A program made the translations under genes and the position numbers. The notes beneath the pieces were generated by a model that saw only the letters and a program-made list of their open reading frames with translations, had not been told where the DNA came from and did not search any database. A stretch of 63,719 bases of DNA, the filler included, from a bacterium (lineage in GTDB: Bacteria; JAMOTN01): the NCBI GenBank assembly GCA_027062325.1. It is 3 parts of 3 records of this genome, joined end to end, with 100 filler letters (N's around TTAATTAATTAA, not from the genome) between each part and the next. Parts side by side here need not be neighbours in the genome. Positions count along the whole stretch, not along the records: positions 1 to 27,205 come from JAMOTN010000016.1; positions 27,306 to 52,536 come from JAMOTN010000017.1; 1 more part is not named here. One strand, written 5' to 3'. Shown here piece after piece: positions 20,431 to 28,951 of this stretch. Within the stretch, counting starts at the first letter, position 1. Each line of letters opens with the position of its first letter.

Positions 20431-20442
20431 TGGAGGTTGTTA

Positions 20443-21672
20443 ATGACTATAAGTAGATGCTTCTTTATTTTTCTTGTGTTAACAATTACTACTTGTTATG
20501 GAAAAAACCTACCTCATATTTTAAAACAGTTGAAAAATTTGGAGGATTATCAAGCCTCAATCAAAAGCTACCAGGCTTCAAAGAAAGAATTGGATAAAAT
20601 TTTTAAAAATCTGTCAGTCACTCCTTCTGTAAAATACGACTTGGACAACAAAGCTTGGTCTTTAAATACTTATATAAGTTGGCCTTTATCATCTTCTGAT
20701 TTGATAAACAAAAAAATAAAACAGGAAAATGTAAAATTAGCAAAGCTAAAAATGGACAGTATTTTAAAAGAAAACTTGAAGTCTCTACTTAAGCTTGCAG
20801 CTCATCTTGCACTCCTAGAAAATGAGACACTCCCTTTAAAAGAAGATATAAAACTTGCAAAACTTTTAAAAAAGGAAATTTTAACAAAGCTAAAATTAAA
20901 GTCTGCATCAAAATTTGAGCTTTCTAAAGTTGATCTGGATATACTAAACTCTGAAGAAAAACTGCTAAACACTAAAGAGGCAATCACTCAAAATGTTCTA
21001 GAGCAATTTTTTCTGACAAAATCCTCTTATACTCTTCAAACAAAAGAATACATTTTAAAAACTGTTCACTCCACAACTGAAAAGGGAATAATTAATACAA
21101 TATTTCATCCATCAACTCCTGAAAATATTCTTCAAAGTGTTCTTCAAAGAAAAATTTATATTTTACAGTCAAGCCAACTCAAAAAAATGGATCTATCATC
21201 AACCTTTTCATTCACCCGATCAAAGGGAAAATTTTTCAAATCACGTGCTTTGTCAGTTTCATACCCATGGCTTCAATCAAATTCATACACTTCTAAATCA
21301 TTGATATTTGAATCAGAATATTACAGATTGTACACCAATTACCAAAAACAAAAGTTAATTACACTTTCAAAAAAATTACTTTCAAAATTCAAAACACAGC
21401 TCAAACTTTATTCAATTGCAAAACAAAGGGTGGAAAAATCACAGGTAGTATTTGAAAAAGCTAAAATTCTTTACAGAACTGGAAAGTTATCCATACAAGA
21501 TCTACTGCGAGAAAAATTGAACTTACTCAATTACAAACTCAAAGCCAAAGAAGCTCTTTACAATATTCAAATAACACTAATTGAAGCAATTTTCGAACTT
21601 CATCCACTTAAAGAGGTGGTCAAGCTTGTTGATAAAATTTTCTCAATTAAATTTAGAACCACTAAGATTTAA
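20443..21672 (+). CDS. TolC-family outer-membrane efflux protein (divergent)
   Basis: Signal peptide, coiled-coil repeats, Y..G.LS..DLL motif, upstream of an MFP. ATG 20443 follows GGAGG. Confidence 0.72.
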   Translation: MTISRCFFIFLVLTITTCYGKNLPHILKQLKNLEDYQASIKSYQASKKELDKIFKNLSVTPSVKYDLDNKAWSLNTYISWPLSSSDLINKKIKQENVKLAKLKMDSILKENLKSLLKLAAHLALLENETLPLKEDIKLAKLLKKEILTKLKLKSASKFELSKVDLDILNSEEKLLNTKEAITQNVLEQFFLTKSSYTLQTKEYILKTVHSTTEKGIINTIFHPSTPENILQSVLQRKIYILQSSQLKKMDLSSTFSFTRSKGKFFKSRALSVSYPWLQSNSYTSKSLIFESEYYRLYTNYQKQKLITLSKKLLSKFKTQLKLYSIAKQRVEKSQVVFEKAKILYRTGKLSIQDLLREKLNLLNYKLKAKEALYNIQITLIEAIFELHPLKEVVKLVDKIFSIKFRTTKI

Positions 21673-22864
21673 AATTACAAAACTTATAATCCTATTACTC
21701 TTAACTCTAACTATCCAAACTATTTCGGCAGAGAATATATACGTTGTAAAATACGGCTCAATTAAAAAAGTTGTCAAACTCTCAGGAACAATCGAACCAC
21801 GCTATGAAGTAGTGTTAGTTGCTCGTTCCGCAGGTGAAGTAAAAAGTTTTCCAAAAGAAGAGGGAGACTTCGTAAAAGCAGGAGAGTTACTCTGCCTTAT
21901 AGATGATAAGATCCCCATGACAAAACTCAAACAGCTGTATAGAACCCTTGAAAAAGCAAAACTTCAAATTGAGATAAACAATGTGAAGCTCAAGCGCTTA
22001 AAAAGAGATCTGAACCGCGCCAAAGTTTTGGCAGCAAAAAACCTATCTAGCAAAGAAGAGGTATTAACATTAGAAGAAAACATAGAGGAACTTAAACTTC
22101 AAAATTCAATTCAAGCCACCTATATAAAAGAAATTATGGCACAAATCGAAGAAGCAAGTGAAGAGCTTTCTTATTGCAAAGTCTATGCTCCAATAGACGG
22201 CTACATAGCAAAAAAATTCGTCGAGAAAGGAACCGCTGTTTCCGGAGTTAAAACCTCAGCCGGCGGTAGCAAATTAGCTCTAATTGTTAGTAATACCTTT
22301 ATGGTTAAGGCATGGGCCCAAGAACAAGATGTGTTGTTCATAAAACCAGGCATGACTGCAGATGTTATTCTTCCCAACCAAACACGCATTAAGGGAACCG
22401 TTAAAAAAGTTTTAAACTATGGACTAAGGCGAGACTGGGACGCTGTAGCAAACGGTAATTACTTTCCTATAATTATAGAAGCAAAACACCTTCCCTATTT
22501 TACAGGTCTTGGAGTAGCAGTAGAGATAGTTGTTCAAAGAAATGATCAGGCTTTAGTAATCCCACGTTCTTTTCTAATAACCGAACCCTCAAAAGAGGGC
22601 GTAAAGTTTTTTGTCTTGAAGAAAACAATATCCTCTCAAGACACCAACGACTCAACTTCCAAACCACAAACCAAAAATTTGGTAAAAACTCCTGTAAAAG
22701 TAGGTATCGTATCAAACTGGAATGTAGAAATCAAAAGCGGCCTTACCGAAGGCGATACGATAGTAATGCCCACTTTATCAAAAGAGTTATTGGAAAAACT
22801 CAAAAAACGTAAAATTAAATTACCTTCCCTCAAGAGGAAGAAAAACAGCAACTCCAGCCTTTAA
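21626..22864 (+). CDS. Efflux periplasmic adaptor (MFP, MacA-like)
   Basis: G.V....EEGD.VK.GE.L, APIDG, V.VG.....VEI.SGL.EGD. Start placed at TTG 21626 after GAGGTG. Confidence 0.9.
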   Translation: MLIKFSQLNLEPLRFKITKLIILLLLTLTIQTISAENIYVVKYGSIKKVVKLSGTIEPRYEVVLVARSAGEVKSFPKEEGDFVKAGELLCLIDDKIPMTKLKQLYRTLEKAKLQIEINNVKLKRLKRDLNRAKVLAAKNLSSKEEVLTLEENIEELKLQNSIQATYIKEIMAQIEEASEELSYCKVYAPIDGYIAKKFVEKGTAVSGVKTSAGGSKLALIVSNTFMVKAWAQEQDVLFIKPGMTADVILPNQTRIKGTVKKVLNYGLRRDWDAVANGNYFPIIIEAKHLPYFTGLGVAVEIVVQRNDQALVIPRSFLITEPSKEGVKFFVLKKTISSQDTNDSTSKPQTKNLVKTPVKVGIVSNWNVEIKSGLTEGDTIVMPTLSKELLEKLKKRKIKLPSLKRKKNSNSSL

Positions 22865-23293
22865 TTTACCTATCTCTACCCGCACCAACACAACGTGTGG
22901 CAAACTTGAACGCTTAAAAAACACGTTAGCTCTCGATCGTGTCAGAAAATAGTCCTTTACCATTTTATCCCCACAGTATTCTCTTACATAAATCCGTCCA
23001 TTCTTAGCATGCTGACCTACAGTAAACTTTTTACCTCCAAGTTCAAATTCTGCAAAATTCGACTCATCCTCAAACCGCACTACACTCGCAAACTTCAATT
23101 TGCTAAACACAAACTGCATAACCTTCCACACATCAGACTGTTCAGAAACCCGTGGAAATTTCATCATCACAGCTATCATTTGAAAGAGTACTCCAAATAC
23201 AGCAATCACTATCAAAACCTCAACCACACTGAACGAGCACAAAGCATTTTCCCTTAAATACTGGCTAAAATTAGGCCGCCTTAACTTCACCAA
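22820..23293 (-). CDS. Pilin-like protein
   Basis: S|FSVVEVLIVIAVFGVL. Confidence 0.62.
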   Translation of the reverse strand: MVKLRRPNFSQYLRENALCSFSVVEVLIVIAVFGVLFQMIAVMMKFPRVSEQSDVWKVMQFVFSKLKFASVVRFEDESNFAEFELGGKKFTVGQHAKNGRIYVREYCGDKMVKDYFLTRSRANVFFKRSSLPHVVLVRVEIGKLKAGVAVFLPLEGR

Positions 23294-23384
23294 TTACCAC
23301 TCCACACAATTTACAACACCCATAGTTACCAATCTTCTTCATCAATCTCCTAAATTTCACTTAAAGCACATTACTCAAGTCATT

Positions 23385-23771
23385 CTAGTGAAGCTCTACT
23401 CCAAAAAATTCCTTAATCACACAACCTTTTCCAACACACACCTTTACAAAAGTTCTACTTGAACCTGTTTTAAATTCAGCTTTAAACTTCTTATCCTTGT
23501 AATTCAAAAACTTAATATCGTCGTACGAAAGCACATCCGAAATTTTACCACTTTTCTTGAAATTCGAAGTAGCAGTAAAACTTTCCAACACAGATATTGC
23601 ATATAAAGTATCAAGTTGTCCTGCCAAACTTATGCCGGGATGCAACAAGAACACCAAGCTGGAAAGAATCAACAGTGCCACAACAACTTCTGTCAAGGTA
23701 AAAGCTCTTAAAGCAGAAAACTTCAATTTCAACCTCACAACCTCTCCCCATTTTTTAAATTCACTTTTCAA
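23385..23771 (-). CDS. Pilin-like protein
   Basis: RA|FTLTEVVVALLIL. Confidence 0.75.
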   Translation of the reverse strand: MKSEFKKWGEVVRLKLKFSALRAFTLTEVVVALLILSSLVFLLHPGISLAGQLDTLYAISVLESFTATSNFKKSGKISDVLSYDDIKFLNYKDKKFKAEFKTGSSRTFVKVCVGKGCVIKEFFGVELH

Positions 23772-24586
23772 ATCTCAGTCCTCAACAAATTCAACAAACT
23801 AAATGCCCACTCTGCAGCTTGCAAACTGTTGCTGCTATCAATTAAAAACACATTTTTAGAATTAACAACTTTATTTTCAAATTCCCCTCTCTGAACTTGA
23901 AGTCGATCAAGCCAGTTACCAATATCTCTCTTTTCCAAACGCAACACCTGTTCTCTTCCATCAACAACTGCAAAGAAAAGTAGATCAAAAATCTCCGCAA
24001 AATCCACCGTTCTATAACCATCAACAATTACATAGACAGAAAGCCCTTCTCCACATCCCTCGATTTTTGTCGGATAAAGTTGCAAAAACTCAAACTTATC
24101 TACAATAGCATCAACCTCTTTAGAATTAAGAGAATTCTTGAGCAAATAACGAGCCAATTCATCTACTTCTAACTTATTATCATTTATTAGGACATCTATC
24201 TTTCTCAAGGCTTTAAACAACCTTTCAAAGTATGGATCAAATATTGCATTCAACTTCTGCAAGTTATCTAATTCCGCTCTAGAAATACGTGCAGTACGCC
24301 CTCCAGAAGAAAACACAACACGGGCTATCTCTTTTCTTTTGCACGTACCAAAAGTTTTTAAAAGAGCCTCCTTTACCTTTTGAAAATCATAAAGAGCATG
24401 GGCAAATTTATCCAAATCCAAAACCAAAGCCAGACTACTAAGAATGCTCTTTTCAATCCGTCTTGCCAAGCAATCAATCAATGTAGTCTTCCCTGCCCCT
24501 GTCAATCCTGAAAAACCCATAAAAACAATTTTAGATCTCTTATCACGCATTTTAACCGCACACCTGACCTTCAATGTCTTCAACAC
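23768..24586 (-). CDS. coaE: Dephospho-CoA kinase (divergent, with insertion)
   Basis: GLTGAGKTT, DLDKFAH.LY, R..IA..VF, L.KLN.I..P, Q..RL..R. coaE is commonly linked to pilin genes. Confidence 0.7.
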   Translation of the reverse strand: MLKTLKVRCAVKMRDKRSKIVFMGFSGLTGAGKTTLIDCLARRIEKSILSSLALVLDLDKFAHALYDFQKVKEALLKTFGTCKRKEIARVVFSSGGRTARISRAELDNLQKLNAIFDPYFERLFKALRKIDVLINDNKLEVDELARYLLKNSLNSKEVDAIVDKFEFLQLYPTKIEGCGEGLSVYVIVDGYRTVDFAEIFDLLFFAVVDGREQVLRLEKRDIGNWLDRLQVQRGEFENKVVNSKNVFLIDSSNSLQAAEWAFSLLNLLRTEI

Positions 24587-24600
24587 TCAACCTTTAAAAT

Positions 24601-25050
24601 CTACTGAATTCTCGAAGGTTTAATATCAAAAACAAAACTGCCTAATTTCGCAGACTCATTCGTCTCCTTCAACTTTTTCCACTCATTTTGGGTCATCCAA
24701 ACACCGGTCTGTTTCCAATCGCAAACCAGCCAATCAGCTTGATGAGTAAAAGGATTTATAGGCAGTTCTCTAAAATATGGATCCGGCCTCTTAGTCAAAT
24801 CAGTTAAATAATGTGGATAATGGCCTTTATCACGGTAATACTGATCAAGTGCCCTTCTTATAGCACGCATATTTTGATTCAACGTATCCATTTTAGCTTC
24901 ACGAATAGTACTCACAACCTCAGGAATAGCAACTCCTATCATAATCCCAACAATTATCATAACTATGATTAGCTCAACAAGAGAAAAAGCTTTTCTTCTA
25001 GCTTTCAAACCCCTAATTGAGCATCTTTCTCCCACAACTTTTCTCCCCAC
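24601..25050 (-). CDS. GspG-like pseudopilin
   Basis: KA|FSLVELIIVMII; LDQYYRDKGHYP..L.DL...YFRELP.NPFT. Confidence 0.88.
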   Translation of the reverse strand: MGRKVVGERCSIRGLKARRKAFSLVELIIVMIIVGIMIGVAIPEVVSTIREAKMDTLNQNMRAIRRALDQYYRDKGHYPHYLTDLTKRPDPYFRELPINPFTHQADWLVCDWKQTGVWMTQNEWKKLKETNESAKLGSFVFDIKPSRIQ

Positions 25051-25067
25051 TTAAATCCCCCGATAAC

Positions 25068-25499
25068 TCAATCCCATTTTCCGCAATTTTTTCCCTTAGG
25101 ACAGGGCTTGATATCATAAATATAACTTCCATTTCTGTATCCCGGATTTGCTCTCCACTGCTCCATAGTTAGCCAAACACCCGATACTATCTCGTCAGCA
25201 ACCATCCAATTTGCCATTCCTGTAAATGGATCCTTCGGAAGCTCTCTAAAGTAAGGATGCGGTGCATTTATCAAATCGTACAAATCCTCGGGATAATGCC
25301 CATGATCTCTGCAGTATTCATCCAACTTTTTTCTCAAGGATTTAAGGTTAGATTGCTGAGTGTTGAACTTTGCCTCAGATATAGATCTTGATATTTCCGG
25401 AATAGCAAACCCCATGAGTATTCCTATTATCACCAAAACTATCATAAGCTCAACAAGAGTGAAAGCACGCATTCTTCTTTTCTTAATTCCAATTCTCAT
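25068..25499 (-). CDS. GspG-like pseudopilin (tandem paralog)
   Basis: RA|FTLVELMIVLVII; LDEY.RD.GHYP..L.DL...YFRELPKDPFT. Confidence 0.88.
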   Translation of the reverse strand: MRIGIKKRRMRAFTLVELMIVLVIIGILMGFAIPEISRSISEAKFNTQQSNLKSLRKKLDEYCRDHGHYPEDLYDLINAPHPYFRELPKDPFTGMANWMVADEIVSGVWLTMEQWRANPGYRNGSYIYDIKPCPKGKNCGKWD

Positions 25500-25550
25500 A
25501 ATACAATCACCCCTGAATCCCTGTTTTAAAACTCTTTTAGCTACACATCA

Positions 25551-26507
25551 CTACTCAACAACTATTGAAGCATATCCCACAACCTCTGTTGAAGGAGCAA
25601 CGTCTCCTGAAGTAGCATACTTCAAAAGTGAAGCACGTGAAGCACCGCTTAACTTGGAAAATTTAAGCATAGCAGCTATAGGACCATATCCACAAACAGT
25701 TACCCTGTTATTGGCAATCTGCGAATACATACCTTCAGCATCTAAACTCAAAATTTTATCTATTACTTTCTGATCCTTTGTAAGAGCAACATCAGGCGGT
25801 TCATAGTGAGAAAAGTCACTTGAAGCAAATACCACAACTCTTCTATTCAACTTCTTGGCTATCTGTGCTATCAACTCACCAACAAATTCAGCAGTGTACA
25901 AAGACTGATCAAGCATACTTATGAAAACATACTTTAAATTTTTAAAATACTCAGCTTCACCGCAAACCCACCAAAAAAATGGAAGTTGAACCTCCAACGA
26001 ATGCTCCATAACATGGCCATTAACATGTTCCCTTAAATTATCCAACTTCAGCTTTTCTATAAGAAGTGTTGAAAACTCCTCATCAACTAGAAAACTGCCC
26101 ACAGGCATCTTCCACTCTCCACCAGGCCATACCGCAACAGGAGCTCCAAAGCCCCTATGATTTGGCCCTATTAAAATCACCGTATCAACATGGTCACAAA
26201 ATCTTTCAAAAAATTTGTAGGAAAAGGACGCCACCCAACCAGAGTACATCCATCCAGCATGTGGCACAACAAATCCCTTAGCAATATTAACTTCCTTTCC
26301 ATCAGCTTTAGCAATATTCCCGAAAGTCCGTTCATATTCAACTGATAAATTTTGCTCCAACTTAGAAAAATAAATCTTTATCTCCTGAAGAGTAGCAGGA
26401 TAAAAGTAACCAGCTACTGCAGGCTCTCTAACAAAACTTGAAACTGATGGTTGAGCCATACTTATCACCTGCTCATCACATTGTGATATTAAACTCCGCC
26501 TCCACAA
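25551..26507 (-). CDS. amrB: AmmeMemoRadiSam system protein B (MEMO1 family)
   Basis: REPAVAGYFYP, PHAGWMYSG, GPNH, EHSLEVQLPF, SSDFSHY, CGYGP, YATSGD, VGYAS. True start is probably the ATG near 26459. Confidence 0.93.
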   Translation of the reverse strand: MWRRSLISQCDEQVISMAQPSVSSFVREPAVAGYFYPATLQEIKIYFSKLEQNLSVEYERTFGNIAKADGKEVNIAKGFVVPHAGWMYSGWVASFSYKFFERFCDHVDTVILIGPNHRGFGAPVAVWPGGEWKMPVGSFLVDEEFSTLLIEKLKLDNLREHVNGHVMEHSLEVQLPFFWWVCGEAEYFKNLKYVFISMLDQSLYTAEFVGELIAQIAKKLNRRVVVFASSDFSHYEPPDVALTKDQKVIDKILSLDAEGMYSQIANNRVTVCGYGPIAAMLKFSKLSGASRASLLKYATSGDVAPSTEVVGYASIVVE

Positions 26508-26516
26508 AATTCACCA

Positions 26517-27086
26517 CTAAAATTTCAACACCTTAAATAAGCCTTTAGGCTCTTCAACAAGCTCATCAACTTGGCGCTTCAAATCCTCAAAACTTCCATT
26601 ATTATCTATGTAAACAAAGTATAAATCATCTGCCTCCAATTCTGTTTCCGTTGCATGCCTCGAAGCAGCTTCATCAGGAATATAACCATCTCTTTTTAAC
26701 AATCTTTTCAATCTTATTTCATCATCCACAACAACTTTGAGAGGTACAAAGCCTAGTTTTCTCAAGAACTCATACTCTATACGTAGCCTCACATCACTCA
26801 CAACAACCCTCTTTCCCTTATCCCACGCTTGCTTTATTCTATCTTCCAAAGCTTTTAAGAATACTAACTTATCAAATTTTCTAAGATGATCTCCCAACTT
26901 CTGCAAAAGTTTTCTCTTCTCAACCCCCCCAACTTTCATAACCCACGGATATAAAATCGTTGCAACATCTTTTAGAGGTTGTGCTATGCTGAGATGCTCA
27001 TAACCATAAGGTACTAAAAACTCTGCAATGGTGTCTTTGCCAGCTCCCATCTTACCTGCAATGAAGAAATCTCTCAACATTATCAC
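26517..27086 (-). CDS. Deoxynucleoside monophosphate kinase-like P-loop protein
   Basis: GKMGAGKDT, A.PLK, RKLLQ.LG...R, SDVR...E, H.TE..L, IDNNG. Confidence 0.78.
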   Translation of the reverse strand: MIMLRDFFIAGKMGAGKDTIAEFLVPYGYEHLSIAQPLKDVATILYPWVMKVGGVEKRKLLQKLGDHLRKFDKLVFLKALEDRIKQAWDKGKRVVVSDVRLRIEYEFLRKLGFVPLKVVVDDEIRLKRLLKRDGYIPDEAASRHATETELEADDLYFVYIDNNGSFEDLKRQVDELVEEPKGLFKVLKF

Positions 27087-27101
27087 TCCCTGCGCCGATA
27101 A
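27074..27101 (+). promoter_or_regulatory. Putative sigma28 promoter
   Basis: TCAA-N16-GCCGATAA; perfect -10 at 27094-27101, upstream of ATG 27137. Confidence 0.4.
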
Positions 27102-27136
27102 GTTTTAGGGAAATACACTAGGAGTGGGGGAAAAGT

Positions 27137-27205
27137 ATGTGGGCAATAATTCCATTTCTTATCTTTAGTTTAACAACTACACAACAACCTGACAAACCAA
27201 CAGTC
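27137..27205 (+). CDS. Start of a probable exported protein, truncated by the contig end
   Basis: G-rich RBS, then MWAIIPFLIFSLTTTQQPDKPTV, open into the N spacer; not in the ORF track. Confidence 0.5.
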
Positions 27206-27305
27206 NNNNNNNNNNNNNNNNNNNNNNNNNNNNNNNNNNNNNNNNNNNNTTAATTAATTAANNNNNNNNNNNNNNNNNNNNNNNNNNNNNNNNNNNNNNN
27301 NNNNN
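27206..27305. other. Artificial contig spacer
   Basis: N44-TTAATTAATTAA-N44 (stops in all six frames). Confidence 0.97.
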
Positions 27306-27728
27306 GGAATGAACTGGTATTGGGGCTCATATTTTTTGAGGCTTGTGGACACCTCCCTTGACATTGGAGGACTCAGCAAAGTTGACAAGCAGCTATACGG
27401 TGTTGGAATGGTAACACGTCTTGGATTTTTCTCTCTTCTCAAAGGAACGTGGAAGTGGGAAAATAACGACGTTAAAAAGGATGCATGGCAGATAAGCTAC
27501 GTATTACCTGTCAGTGCTCGCACTGATCTTGAATTTGCATGGAACAATGAGGTTGATCGCGAAAAGTATTGGAGTGTACGAGTAAATGTGAAGTTCTTTG
27601 CTTCATCTTCTTTCTCATCTTTTCTCTCTTCAGCTCACACCAAAAAGCCCCCAAAATTTCTTAAATCTGTAAAAAAAGTGTTCAAAAATGTGCTAAACTT
27701 TGTGCCTCTTATTCATAGATTTAAATAG
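27306..27728 (+). CDS. C-terminal fragment of a possible beta-barrel/outer-membrane protein
   Basis: Open from the contig start; alternating aromatic beta-strand pattern (WQISY, LEFAW, YWSVRVNVKF). Confidence 0.45.
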   Translation, partial: GMNWYWGSYFLRLVDTSLDIGGLSKVDKQLYGVGMVTRLGFFSLLKGTWKWENNDVKKDAWQISYVLPVSARTDLEFAWNNEVDREKYWSVRVNVKFFASSSFSSFLSSAHTKKPPKFLKSVKKVFKNVLNFVPLIHRFK

Positions 27729-27803
27729 AAAATTCAGTTAACATTAATAAAAGAGTTCAGGCTACTTGATATACATTTGCCTTTACGATAGGGGGAGAGA
27801 AAG

Positions 27804-28499
27804 ATGCACACTTCTCCGAAGAAAAAAGCCAAGGGAGTACTTGCTCCCTCAATATTAAATGCAAACTTCACAAATATTGAAGAAGAAATTGAACTTCTTG
27901 TTAGAGCAGGCGTCAAATGGATACACCTGGATATAATGGATGGAAATTTTGTTCCAAATATTACTTTTGGCCCATCAATCACAAAGCAAATTATAGAACT
28001 TACTCAACAAAACCACTGGGATCTTTTCTTTGATGCCCACCTGATGACTGAAAATCCAACCTTCTGGGCTGAGAGATTCGTAGAAGTTGGCTGTAACCTC
28101 ATAACTATTCACGCAGAAGCGACTCATCACCTTGATAGAGCTGTTGAATACGTCAAATCACTGGGAGTTCAAGTCGGAGTGGCACTTAATCCTTCAACTC
28201 CTCTTGAAAACGTCGAATTTGTACTCCCAAAAGTCGATCTACTGCTTGTGATGACTGTTAATCCAGGCTTTGGAGGGCAAAGCTTCATCGACATTCCAAC
28301 AATGTACGAGAAGATAACTCGCGCAAGAAAGCTTTGCGACAAGTGGGAATGCAAACTTCAAGTTGATGGTGGAGTCAAGCTCTCAAATATTGGAATGTTA
28401 AAGCAGCTCGGAGTTGATGTATTTGTCGTTGGATCAGAAATTTTTGCATCGGAGGACAAACAAGAGAAAATCCGCCTACTATGTAAAGAGATTTGTTAG
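27804..28499 (+). CDS. rpe: Ribulose-phosphate 3-epimerase
   Basis: APSIL, HLDIMDGNFVPN, DAHLM, MTVNPGFGGQ, VDGG, VGS. Confidence 0.97.
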   Translation: MHTSPKKKAKGVLAPSILNANFTNIEEEIELLVRAGVKWIHLDIMDGNFVPNITFGPSITKQIIELTQQNHWDLFFDAHLMTENPTFWAERFVEVGCNLITIHAEATHHLDRAVEYVKSLGVQVGVALNPSTPLENVEFVLPKVDLLLVMTVNPGFGGQSFIDIPTMYEKITRARKLCDKWECKLQVDGGVKLSNIGMLKQLGVDVFVVGSEIFASEDKQEKIRLLCKEIC

Positions 28500-28836
28500 T
28501 GGTCTGGCCGCTGAAAATTTAGTCAAGAATATTTACATTAAGTTAGGTTTTAAACTGCTGTTTCAGCGATGGCGTTATAAACGTTATGAAATTGATTTAA
28601 TTTTTGAAGGTGTTGACGAGTTTGGTTTTCCACTTCTCGTATTTATAGAGGTTAGAAAAACTAATGAGTGGAACATTACACGTAAAAAATTGAATTCACT
28701 CTTGAAAGCAATGCATATTTTTTGTTCATTAAATCAAGAAAAATTTATAAGACATACTAAACGCTTAGATATTGCAATTGTAAAATCTTTATCGAATAAA
28801 CTAACTGTAGAAATCCTAGAAAACTGCACCTTTTAA
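28414..28836 (+). CDS. yraN: YraN-family (UPF0102) nuclease-like protein
   Basis: G..AE....Y...G, EIDLI, LVFIEVR, RLD; start uncertain (overlaps the rpe end). Confidence 0.75.
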   Translation: MMYLSLDQKFLHRRTNKRKSAYYVKRFVSGLAAENLVKNIYIKLGFKLLFQRWRYKRYEIDLIFEGVDEFGFPLLVFIEVRKTNEWNITRKKLNSLLKAMHIFCSLNQEKFIRHTKRLDIAIVKSLSNKLTVEILENCTF

Positions 28837-28951
28837 ACTACTTTATCATTATTACTATAATTATATTTCGTTGTTATCGAAGTTTAATCTTGTTAAAATA
28901 ATTAATAAAGCAAGCACTTAATCAAACTTTATAAAACTTTTAAAAGCAGGA

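Noticed and set aside
26517..27086. Prophage remnant around the dNMP kinase
   Set aside because: No integrase, structural or other phage genes nearby; composition matches neighbours
27206..27305. TTAATTAATTAA inside N-runs (also 52537-52636) as a repeat or att site
   Set aside because: Identical N44-12-N44 layout with six-frame stops marks a concatenation linker. ORFs touching it (27254..27442, the secretin 'end' at 52581) are artefacts.
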